A stretch of 64,000 nt of DNA from positions 43,343-107,342 of IMG/VR virus record IMGVR_UViG_3300037502_002729; one strand, written 5' to 3'. The notes beneath the pieces are model-generated. The model had not been told where the DNA came from and ran no database searches. It saw nothing but the letters and a program-made list of their open reading frames with translations. The position numbers and the translations under genes were made by a program. Origin of the DNA: a virus. Every line of letters starts with the position of its first letter. Position 1 is the first letter of the stretch. Positions 1 through 8,040 of this stretch are shown here, piece after piece.

Positions 1-1
1 T

Positions 2-469
2 GTCACAACAACAGAAATAGCCACTCATATTCAATTTTTAAAGCATTCTGTGGCATTATTAGCAGAGAATGCAGAATCAGCAAGATATAAGGAATTAAAA
101 GAAGATAAATTCTATTTGCCAAAAGATTGGCTTGAGTTTGGAGAAAAAGGTAAATTTTGGTATGATACATTAAATGCTCAAAGTGAGAAATTGAATAAAA
201 TGTATCATAATTGTTTTAAAGATTTGGTTGAAGCAGGAGTGCCAAAAGCAAGAGCAAAGGAATCTGCTAGATTTTTCAAGATGTATAACTCACAGCTAAA
301 TAGTAATAAGTTCCTATCATTTGATGGGTTTGTCCAAATCTACAAGAAAAGATGTTTGGAATCACCATCACAATATGAGATTGGTAATGTTGTTGAACAA
401 ATGCTTAATCAGATTAAAGAAATACCTGGAAACCCATTTAAATATTCATTAAAAGCATTTGGCTTATAA
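2..469 (+). CDS. thyX: FAD-dependent thymidylate synthase ThyX-like (C-terminal part; gene starts before the window)
   Basis: Frame open from base 2 (VTTTEIATHIQFLKHSVALLAENAESARYKE). It has ESARY and GVPKARAKESARF, matching the ThyX SxRY and G.PxE.AR motifs. The RHR motif is degenerate (KHS). Confidence 0.7.
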   Translation, partial: VTTTEIATHIQFLKHSVALLAENAESARYKELKEDKFYLPKDWLEFGEKGKFWYDTLNAQSEKLNKMYHNCFKDLVEAGVPKARAKESARFFKMYNSQLNSNKFLSFDGFVQIYKKRCLESPSQYEIGNVVEQMLNQIKEIPGNPFKYSLKAFGL

Positions 470-507
470 AAAAAAGGGCTTATATCACTATAAGCCCTTT
501 TCTATTT
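468..507. terminator. Bidirectional intrinsic terminator
   Basis: AAAAGGGCTTATA-tcac-TATAAGCCCTTTT hairpin with A and T tracts, between convergent genes. Confidence 0.85.
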
Positions 508-519
508 TGGCAAATTTGA

Positions 520-741
520 TTATTTACCTTTTTTTGCAACTTTTGGAGTTTCAACTGGTGTTTCAGTAGGTGTAATAACTGGGGTTTTTGAGATAAAAGA
601 CCACACAGCACCAATTAATGTAGAAAGACCACCAATGATTTCAGTTACAACTGTTTCATCAACAAGGCCTTTTGTAACTAGAATACCACCAAAGAATGTA
701 AGTAAATGTCTAACAACTCCTAGAATCTGTTCTTTAGTCAT
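520..741 (-). CDS. Putative holin (Pam3-gp28-like), 2 TM segments
   Basis: MTKEQILGVVRHLLTFFGGILVTKG...IIGGLSTLIGAVWS, with a basic C-terminus. Start placed at the Met at 741. Confidence 0.65.
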   Translation of the reverse strand: MTKEQILGVVRHLLTFFGGILVTKGLVDETVVTEIIGGLSTLIGAVWSFISKTPVITPTETPVETPKVAKKGK

Positions 742-784
742 TTGTTTTTTTTTTAAAAAAATGTTTAGATATAACAATATTGTT

Positions 785-798
785 ATATTTATAAATAT
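785..798. promoter_or_regulatory. Palindromic back-to-back TATTTATA motif (putative bidirectional late promoter)
   Basis: ATATTTATAAATAT between the divergent genes 520-741(-) and 819-2396(+). Confidence 0.45.
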
Positions 799-818
799 AT
801 AAAAAATTGTAAAAATTT

Positions 819-2396
819 ATGAATAGTTTTAATTTATTTAGATTAGATGAGGGTGCAGCTAGGAAACCAAAATATATTTCAGAAAATGAATTCCAATTTG
901 TTTATGATTGTATTAAGGGAAAATATAAGAGTATTGTAAGTGAGGCAGATAAAGATAAATTGCGGGACAAAATATTAAGTTATTTGACTGTAGAAACTAC
1001 TTTTGAGGAAAATGTTAATTATGGTAATTGTGAAGCTGCTATGGCATATATTAAAAAATTAAAAAAAGATAATCCTAATAGTGAAGATTTATCAAAAGTT
1101 CAATTATTTTGTAGTACAGTACCAAAATTTATGAATGAATGGATTCAAAAAATATTTGACAATATTGTACAAGAAAAAAACTACCTTCTTCGTAAAAATT
1201 TCATTTCATTACATATAGATATTTTTATTGATTTTTTTACAAATAGGGAAAGCGCAGATATTGTTAAAAAAACACCAAAAAGTTCACTTTATGATAGTTT
1301 GGTTGTATTGTATGATTCAAAATTTGATAAAAAAAATAGTTTAATCTCATTTGAATTTAATAATGAAACTAAAAATTTTATATTTAAATTATTAAAAATT
1401 TATTTAGGTATTAACCAAAAAAATCAACCTAAAAGTAAAACTTATGGGCATAATGATTGTAGAAGGTTAGATACAACAATTAGAAAACTTTTATGTGCAA
1501 TAACTCATAGTAGACGGTCCCCAGATTATTTTAAATTTGAAAGAGGGTTTGAACATTCAAATCAATTTAAACCATTTAAAGGTGGTATTGCTTATAATAT
1601 ATCCACAATTGATGATTTAAATGCTGCTGGACAAATTGAAAAATATAGTGATGAAAAAGAAGAATCTATTACTCAACAAAAAGTATATGTTGGATATATT
1701 AATTTATTAAAAATAATGTTAGCAAGTGATAGTATTAAAGAATTATATAAAAATTGCCATCAAGAAAATGAAAACTATACTAATTGCAAAGTTAATAATT
1801 CAAAGGTTAAAGAAGAAGTTAGAGAAATTTTTAATAATACAGTTTTTTTACAAATAATTAATAATGAAAAAATGACAAAAGGTGATGTAATGGTGACTAA
1901 TCCTGTTTCTTTATGTAGAAATTATGAAGAAAATGTTTTAGTTAAAGATGATATTTTAGAATTAAAATACTTCACCATAAAGGATATTGTAGATAAAGAT
2001 TATATTGTTCATATAACAAGAATATTAGAACCAGATTTTAAAAAAATATATGCCAATATTGATTATAATACTTTTATTAAAAATAATGGAGGTGATTCTA
2101 ATTTTTTTATTAAATTTTTTAAAGAATTAATCTCTACTATAATAGAGATTTCCCAAGAAAAAATTGAAAAAGATTTTGAACAAATTAAAAATACATTTTC
2201 AAACTTAAATGGTTTAATAATTGCAGGACCAAAGTATGTTAAAAATGAAAATTGGAGAATTTTTATAGATAGGGGTACTGGTAAACAAAGAGGTATTGGT
2301 GTGGCTATTAATGTAGAGTTACCACCAGATTTTGCAACTAAAGCAAGAGATATTTATTATGTTAAATCAAGGAATCTTTTCTGTTTCAAAAACTAA
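819..2396 (+). CDS. Hypothetical protein (525 aa)
   Basis: Long ORF with no recognised motif. Confidence 0.8.
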   Translation: MNSFNLFRLDEGAARKPKYISENEFQFVYDCIKGKYKSIVSEADKDKLRDKILSYLTVETTFEENVNYGNCEAAMAYIKKLKKDNPNSEDLSKVQLFCSTVPKFMNEWIQKIFDNIVQEKNYLLRKNFISLHIDIFIDFFTNRESADIVKKTPKSSLYDSLVVLYDSKFDKKNSLISFEFNNETKNFIFKLLKIYLGINQKNQPKSKTYGHNDCRRLDTTIRKLLCAITHSRRSPDYFKFERGFEHSNQFKPFKGGIAYNISTIDDLNAAGQIEKYSDEKEESITQQKVYVGYINLLKIMLASDSIKELYKNCHQENENYTNCKVNNSKVKEEVREIFNNTVFLQIINNEKMTKGDVMVTNPVSLCRNYEENVLVKDDILELKYFTIKDIVDKDYIVHITRILEPDFKKIYANIDYNTFIKNNGGDSNFFIKFFKELISTIIEISQEKIEKDFEQIKNTFSNLNGLIIAGPKYVKNENWRIFIDRGTGKQRGIGVAINVELPPDFATKARDIYYVKSRNLFCFKN

Positions 2397-2626
2397 TTAT
2401 TCTTTTTTGCATTAAAAACTTCTGCAAACTTTTCACTTGCAACAAAACCTAATCCAGCAATTGCCAACCAAACCAAACCTTCAAAAACATAGTTAGTTAT
2501 TGTAAAATCTGAAAATAAATCAACAATTGATGCAAATATGATTGTCATTGATGCTGAAATACCTATTGATCTTTTACTTGAAATTTCCCCATTTGCTGTC
2601 AATAATGATTTAAAAAACTTTTTCAT
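2393..2626 (-). CDS. Small 2-TM membrane protein, holin-like
   Basis: SSKR followed by two hydrophobic helices; overlaps the M23 peptidase stop. Confidence 0.55.
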   Translation of the reverse strand: MKKFFKSLLTANGEISSKRSIGISASMTIIFASIVDLFSDFTITNYVFEGLVWLAIAGLGFVASEKFAEVFNAKKNN

Positions 2627-3789
2627 TTCATAATACTAATTATTCTATTTATTTCAGTTATTAGTTGTTTTGATATAATCTTATTTTCAAATTTATAAGG
2701 TTCAGTAAATGATTTTGATATATTTGACAATGAAAAATCATAAGGTTGATTTAATGAATTTGTAATATTTGATGATGAGAAATCATAAGGGCTAACAAAT
2801 GACTTTGTTTGTGATGTGGTTGGAAAAGTATATCCTGTATCAACATCATCATTTTTAGAGAATTTATATGGTTCTGATTGTTTTTTTTGTTTTTCTTTTA
2901 GTTTTATTTTAGATGTTAGCCCTAAAGTAACTGTTACATCAATATATGAATTTTCTTGTGAAAAACTAGCAATTAAGTCTCCTAATACTGCATTTTTTTT
3001 ATTAAAGTTTATATCTTCTGAGCATATTTTTACTATATAATTTTTTGAATTATGAGAAACTGATATTTTATGGCAATTACTAGATGATGTGTTATTTACC
3101 TTACATGTTTTGAATTTACAATAAAATTTTGTAGCATCAGGGTTATACATGTAATCACTACTAAAATTATCTTCACTAGAATTAAATGAATTTTGAATAA
3201 TACTACCTATTTCTGTTAAACTATAATTTGGTTTGTCCTTTACTGATTCAACAGTTATATTATTTTTTGTATTTTTTCCACTAAAATCATATGAATCATC
3301 TTTTAGTTTTTGACTAAAATCATATGAATCATATTTAACTATAGGTTCATTATTAACATCTTTTGGTATTAGTTGCCCACTTATCACATCTTCAGGATTC
3401 AAAAATTCCCCCCTTCTAATTACTTCAAAATGTAGATGAGCACCAGTTGTATGACCTTTACCAGGGTCATTTTGATCACCCCCACTTAATCCAATAAGTT
3501 GACCAACTTTAACAACATCTTTAGGCTTAACTAACACTTTTCTCAAATGACAATATTTTGTAACAATATCATCATTATGTTTTATCTTAATGAATCCACC
3601 ACAAGTACTCCTATTTGGATCACTATCTATAACAACCCCATCTGCTGGGGCAAAAACTTCAGTTCCAGATTTAACACCAATGTCTAAACCTTTGTGTTTT
3701 TTATTACCCCTAACTGCATTAAATTTAGAGGTTATTAGACTTTTTTGATAGTTCTTTATTGGTGGATATAGAATATTTTCAATCAACAT
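2623..3789 (-). CDS. M23 family metallopeptidase (peptidoglycan endopeptidase) with C-terminal extension
   Basis: HKGLD, YCHL and TTGAHLHFEV motifs. The C-terminal part has repeated (P/S)YDFS motifs. Confidence 0.9.
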   Translation of the reverse strand: MLIENILYPPIKNYQKSLITSKFNAVRGNKKHKGLDIGVKSGTEVFAPADGVVIDSDPNRSTCGGFIKIKHNDDIVTKYCHLRKVLVKPKDVVKVGQLIGLSGGDQNDPGKGHTTGAHLHFEVIRRGEFLNPEDVISGQLIPKDVNNEPIVKYDSYDFSQKLKDDSYDFSGKNTKNNITVESVKDKPNYSLTEIGSIIQNSFNSSEDNFSSDYMYNPDATKFYCKFKTCKVNNTSSSNCHKISVSHNSKNYIVKICSEDINFNKKNAVLGDLIASFSQENSYIDVTVTLGLTSKIKLKEKQKKQSEPYKFSKNDDVDTGYTFPTTSQTKSFVSPYDFSSSNITNSLNQPYDFSLSNISKSFTEPYKFENKIISKQLITEINRIISIMK

Positions 3790-3824
3790 AATTTATATAT
3801 TTTATATATAAATATAGTAAATGA

Positions 3825-4430
3825 TTAAACTATTTTTTTAACATCAATCAAATCACATAATTTTTTTTGGTATTCATCAATATTTCTACTTTCTTTTAAT
3901 TGTTTTAGTAATTTTAAGTCCTTATTTATTATGTGTTGATTTTCATTTATTATCTTCTTAACATAATGGACATATGTTTTATTTTCAGCATATATTCTAT
4001 ACAAGAAATCAAAATAATCATCCCTTGACTTTTCTTTATTTCTAAATAAAAATTCTTGAAATAATTTATAATCTTTAACACTATCTATCCAGCAATTATA
4101 AGTTGAATAATTTTTATTAACCCCTACTGCAACAGTTGGTCTTCTTTCAGGGTAACGCATACCAAATAGATTGTTGTTTTCAACAAAAATTTGACTAGAC
4201 ATATATCCACTTTCTAATATTGCTTGGGCAAAAACAATGTCTGGATATTTTATATTATTTTCAAGAATTTCAAAATATAGAAAAACTAATTCAACATTAT
4301 TTTCCTCCATTAATTTTGCTTCATCTATTTTCAAAGAGGGAATTTTATTTTGTTGAGGTTTAAAACCTACTACTTGCCCAAATAAGCAAATATTTCCAAT
4401 TACACATATTGTGTATAATATTTTTTTCAT
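3825..4430 (-). CDS. Glucosaminidase (GH73) domain protein with signal-like N-terminus
   Basis: FAQAILESG...NNLFGM...YA motifs. Confidence 0.8.
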   Translation of the reverse strand: MKKILYTICVIGNICLFGQVVGFKPQQNKIPSLKIDEAKLMEENNVELVFLYFEILENNIKYPDIVFAQAILESGYMSSQIFVENNNLFGMRYPERRPTVAVGVNKNYSTYNCWIDSVKDYKLFQEFLFRNKEKSRDDYFDFLYRIYAENKTYVHYVKKIINENQHIINKDLKLLKQLKESRNIDEYQKKLCDLIDVKKIV

Positions 4431-4463
4431 AAAATTATTTTTAAAGTTTTATATAATAAAATA

Positions 4464-4488
4464 GAAGAGTCATATAATATGACTCTTC
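4464..4488 (-). terminator. Terminator downstream of tmRNA
   Basis: GAAGAGTCATAT-a-ATATGACTCTTC inverted repeat followed by a T-rich tract on the minus strand. Confidence 0.75.
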
Positions 4489-4491
4489 ATT

Positions 4492-4913
4492 TGGTGGAGA
4501 CGCAGGGAATTGAACCCTGGTCTTGCTCGTAATTAAGTAAATAGACTACATGTTTATTCCATAGATTCTGTATGGACACATAAGACAGTTCATATTTTGC
4601 CATTTGATCTGCCAACTGTGGAGGGTTCACTTCTGCTATTTGCATAGACTAACAGGTAGCACCCCTAACCAAAACCTTTGACACAATAAGTAGTATCACA
4701 CTATGAGGCTTCTGTTCCTAGGTTATATGCCCACCGACCTGGGGTTGTTATGACTACTAAGCCGCAACAACAGCATCTTCACGTACAAGACCTAAAGTTG
4801 CTAAAGTTTCTAAAGTGTTGCCATTTAAAGGCTTGAACCAGTTGTTAATGAGGTTAATTCAGCCCCAACATGCCTACTTACACAATCCACGCCAATCGAT
4901 ACCTTTCGTCCCC
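4492..4913 (-). ncRNA. ssrA: tmRNA (422 nt) with tag reading frame GNTLETLATLGLVREDAVVAA**
   Basis: 5' GGGGACG pairs with 3' CGTCTCC-ACCA and contains the G3:U alanine identity pair. T-arm is CAGGG-TTCAATT-CCCTG. Tag ORF at 4822-4760 ends in AA followed by two TAG stops. Confidence 0.95.
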
Positions 4914-4950
4914 TTGTCTTTGTATAAATACCTCACTTGTTTTGAGAATA

Positions 4951-4982
4951 CAAATATACATCCCTTTTTTTGATTTTCCAAA
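4951..4982 (-). promoter_or_regulatory. Bacteroidota primary-sigma type promoter (-33 TTTG, -7 TATATTTG) for tmRNA
   Basis: TTTG-N20-TATATTTG on the minus strand. Confidence 0.6.
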
Positions 4983-5055
4983 TGTTTTTATATAAATTTT
5001 ATTAGAAGTTTACAAAAATTATTTTTATATTTGCATTTAATAAAAACAAAAAACT

Positions 5056-5916
5056 ATGTTAGTAGCACATATGCCAATTCCAAAATCAAATCTTATTGAT
5101 TCTATATTTTCTTTATTGAAAAAAAATAATGGGAAATTTAAATCAGAGAAACAATCTAATTTTTTAATAACTCAATTAAAAATGCATAATGGGTTTTTAG
5201 GTTATGTTAATAATGGCAAAATAAAAAATCCTATATTTGTTGAATATGATAAATATGGTATTACAAAACTATTAAAGAAATTAACTGGTTCAAATATGAT
5301 TGAAATTATTTTTGAGAGGAATGCACAAAGTGAATTACATCCTAAAGATGTTATAATGCTAAAAAAAATTGAATCAATTTTGATTGAGCAACAACCAAAA
5401 GAAACTATTACAAATAAAAAACAATATAGGTTATCAACATATGAACTTGCAAAAAATGTATATAGTTTAGCAAAAAACAATAATGGACTTTTTAAGTCAG
5501 AGGCACAAGGAAATTTCTTGATTGAACAACTAAATTTATCTGATGGATATTTGGGTCAAACAAATGGGATTAAGTATAAAAACCCAATTTTTGCAGAATA
5601 CAATAAGGAGGGTATTACAAAGATATATAAACAAATGGCTGCTTCAACTAAGGTTGAAATAATTTTTGAGAGAAAAGTTGAAGGTGAGTTGACATCTCTT
5701 GAGGTTAAAGCCCTAGCTTCTTATAAAAGGAAATTGAAAAAACTTGAAAAGGAATTGAAGGAAAGAATGACATCTTTTTTGACTGGGGATTTCAATAGTA
5801 GTGGGGATCCTTCAACATATACAGAAGATATCATTGAAATGTATAATAGGGATAATGATGTGAAAATAAAAGCCATTGAACATATTAAAAGTGAGATTGC
5901 CAAACTTGAAAAATAG
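5056..5916 (+). CDS. Hypothetical protein with internal ~115-aa duplication
   Basis: Two copies of KNNGxFKSExQxNFLIxQL...GxLG...KNPIFxEYxKxGITK...EIIFER. Preceded by a TATATTTG -7 box. Confidence 0.8.
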   Translation: MLVAHMPIPKSNLIDSIFSLLKKNNGKFKSEKQSNFLITQLKMHNGFLGYVNNGKIKNPIFVEYDKYGITKLLKKLTGSNMIEIIFERNAQSELHPKDVIMLKKIESILIEQQPKETITNKKQYRLSTYELAKNVYSLAKNNNGLFKSEAQGNFLIEQLNLSDGYLGQTNGIKYKNPIFAEYNKEGITKIYKQMAASTKVEIIFERKVEGELTSLEVKALASYKRKLKKLEKELKERMTSFLTGDFNSSGDPSTYTEDIIEMYNRDNDVKIKAIEHIKSEIAKLEK

Positions 5917-5952
5917 TTTGGTTGTATATTTATAATTGAAATTAACTATGCA

Positions 5953-6357
5953 ATGGAAAAAGAAAAACTAAAAAAAATATTTGAATTCATTGAAGAGAAG
6001 GAAGGGCATAAATTTCCAATTATATGGAAATTAATTAATAATATCCCATTTACAAAAGAAGAATTAAATATTGAAGGTGATTTGGATTTATCATACACTA
6101 CTAAAATAACCTCTTTACCCCAAGGCTTGAGAATTGAAGGTGATTTTTATATTGATTATTCATATGTTGAACTACCAAAAGGATTAGAAGTTGGTGGTGA
6201 TGTGTATGTAACAGGCACATACTTGGAGGATTACACAAAGGAACAGGTAATGACAATGATTTATCCTGGTTTTATAAAAGGTGATTTAATTTATAATATG
6301 GGTGATTCTTATGAGAATGATGGGGATGAGGATGAAAATGATGATGGGTTTCTATAA
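5953..6357 (+). CDS. LRR-like repeat family paralog 1 (array 1; 2 modules, acidic tail)
   Basis: MEKEKLKKIFEF N-cap, ITSLPQGLRIEGD modules, PGFIKG C-cap. Confidence 0.85.
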   Translation: MEKEKLKKIFEFIEEKEGHKFPIIWKLINNIPFTKEELNIEGDLDLSYTTKITSLPQGLRIEGDFYIDYSYVELPKGLEVGGDVYVTGTYLEDYTKEQVMTMIYPGFIKGDLIYNMGDSYENDGDEDENDDGFL

Positions 6358-6369
6358 ATTAAAAATACA

Positions 6370-6747
6370 ATGAAAAAAGAACAATTAAAAAGAATATTTG
6401 AATTCATTGAAGAGAAGGAAGGGCATAATGTACCATTTTTATGGAAATTTAAAAATAATATACCATTAACAGAAAAAGATTTGAATGTTAATGGTGATTT
6501 GAATTTATCTGATTCAAAAATAAAATCATTACCAGAAGGTTTAAAAGTTGGTGGTGATTTGTATTTAGATGGTTCATATGTGGAATCATTACCAAAAGGA
6601 TTAGAGGTTTATGGAGATTTATATATAGCAGATACAGTCTTAGCCTCTAAATCTAATGATGATTTAATAGTAATGATAAAACCTGGATTTATAAAAGGAG
6701 AAATAATAAATAATGAAGAAGAATATGATGAAGGATATGATGATTGA
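6370..6747 (+). CDS. LRR-like repeat family paralog 2 (array 1; 2 modules, acidic tail)
   Basis: Same caps, LPEGLKVGGDL modules. Confidence 0.85.
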   Translation: MKKEQLKRIFEFIEEKEGHNVPFLWKFKNNIPLTEKDLNVNGDLNLSDSKIKSLPEGLKVGGDLYLDGSYVESLPKGLEVYGDLYIADTVLASKSNDDLIVMIKPGFIKGEIINNEEEYDEGYDD

Positions 6748-6764
6748 TTTAAATTAAAAATAAA

Positions 6765-7175
6765 ATGGAAAAAGAACAATTAAAAAGAATATTTGAATTC
6801 CTTGAAGAGAAGGATAACAAGAGAGTACCCCTAACATGGAAATTAATCAATGATTTTGATTCAATAGATGATAAAGATTTATTTTATGATGATAATTTTG
6901 ATTTATATGGTGCAAGAGTAAAAAGATTACCAGACAATTTTACTGTTAAAGGATATCTTGATTTAAGATTGACAAAAATAAAAACTCTCCCAGATAATTT
7001 AACTGTTGATGGTGATTTATACCTAACGGCTTTAGAAATAGATTCAGTTCCAAAAAATCTAAAAGCACACTCAATGTTTGCAAAATACACAACTCTATCT
7101 GAAAAATATTCATACAAAGAAATTAAGGATATGATAAAAGAAAAGGGTGGTGAAGTTAAGTTTTTAACAATTTAA
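6765..7175 (+). CDS. LRR-like repeat family paralog 3 (array 1; divergent, 3 modules)
   Basis: MEKEQLKRIFEFLEEK N-cap, LPDNLTVDGDL modules. Confidence 0.85.
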   Translation: MEKEQLKRIFEFLEEKDNKRVPLTWKLINDFDSIDDKDLFYDDNFDLYGARVKRLPDNFTVKGYLDLRLTKIKTLPDNLTVDGDLYLTALEIDSVPKNLKAHSMFAKYTTLSEKYSYKEIKDMIKEKGGEVKFLTI

Positions 7176-7200
7176 TTACCTATATTTATAGAAAAAAAAT

Positions 7201-8013
7201 ATGAACAAAGAATTATTAAAAGAAGTGTTATCAATTCCATCATATAGTGGCAGGGAACTAAAATTAGTTAATTACATATGTGAATTTCTAAAAAAGAATA
7301 ATATACCATATGAGGTAGATGAGATGCTCAACATATATTGCACAAAGGGTGAAACAGAAACCTATCCTTGTGTTGTAGCACACACAGATACAGTCCACAA
7401 CAACACTTATATAGATGTTAGAACTGAACTAAGGGAAAATTCAAAAGGTGTCTTAAAAGAGGCTTATAAGGGTTATAATAAGATTGGGCAACCAACTGGA
7501 GTTGGGGGTGATGATAAAGCTGGTGTTTTTGCCTGTTTGACTTTATTGACAGAATTACCAGTTTTAAAGGCTGCTTTTTTTGTATCAGAAGAAATTGGGT
7601 GCATTGGTTCATTGGCAGCAGATCCAGAATTTTTCAAAAATGTTGGCTATGCCATACAGTTTGATGCTCCATTTGATTGGATGGTGACTGAAATTTCATC
7701 TGGTGTTCCTTTATTTAATAGGGATAGTGAGTTCTTCAATAAGATTAATAGTGTATTAGTAGAGAATATAGCCCCCAAGTATGGTTCACATCCTTATACA
7801 GATGTATATGCTTTAAAGAAGTTATTTGATTTTAGTTGTCTTAACATATCTATTGGGTATTATGATTATCATACACCAGATGAGTATGTTGTTTTAGAAG
7901 ATGTGGAGAATGGAATTAAAATAGGAAGGGAAATGATTGCAAGTTTAGGTTATAAAAAATATGAAAAGAAACATATACCAGTTATAAGGCCTTTTTTAAG
8001 GGAAAAGGGATAA
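7201..8013 (+). CDS. M20/M28 family zinc peptidase
   Basis: AHTDTV, GGDDKAG, SEEIG, QFD and YHT metal-binding motifs. Confidence 0.85.
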   Translation: MNKELLKEVLSIPSYSGRELKLVNYICEFLKKNNIPYEVDEMLNIYCTKGETETYPCVVAHTDTVHNNTYIDVRTELRENSKGVLKEAYKGYNKIGQPTGVGGDDKAGVFACLTLLTELPVLKAAFFVSEEIGCIGSLAADPEFFKNVGYAIQFDAPFDWMVTEISSGVPLFNRDSEFFNKINSVLVENIAPKYGSHPYTDVYALKKLFDFSCLNISIGYYDYHTPDEYVVLEDVENGIKIGREMIASLGYKKYEKKHIPVIRPFLREKG

Positions 8014-8018
8014 AAAGG

Positions 8019-8040
8019 AAGGGGGTCAATTGACCCCCTT
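8019..8040. terminator. Perfect 22-bp palindrome at the junction of convergent genes
   Basis: AAGGGGGTCAATTGACCCCCTT, overlapping the Clp ATPase stop codon. Confidence 0.6.

Noticed and set aside
4492-4535. Stand-alone tRNA
   Set aside because: Only the T-arm and acceptor half are here. The 5' half lies about 400 nt away with a tag ORF in between, so it is a tmRNA.
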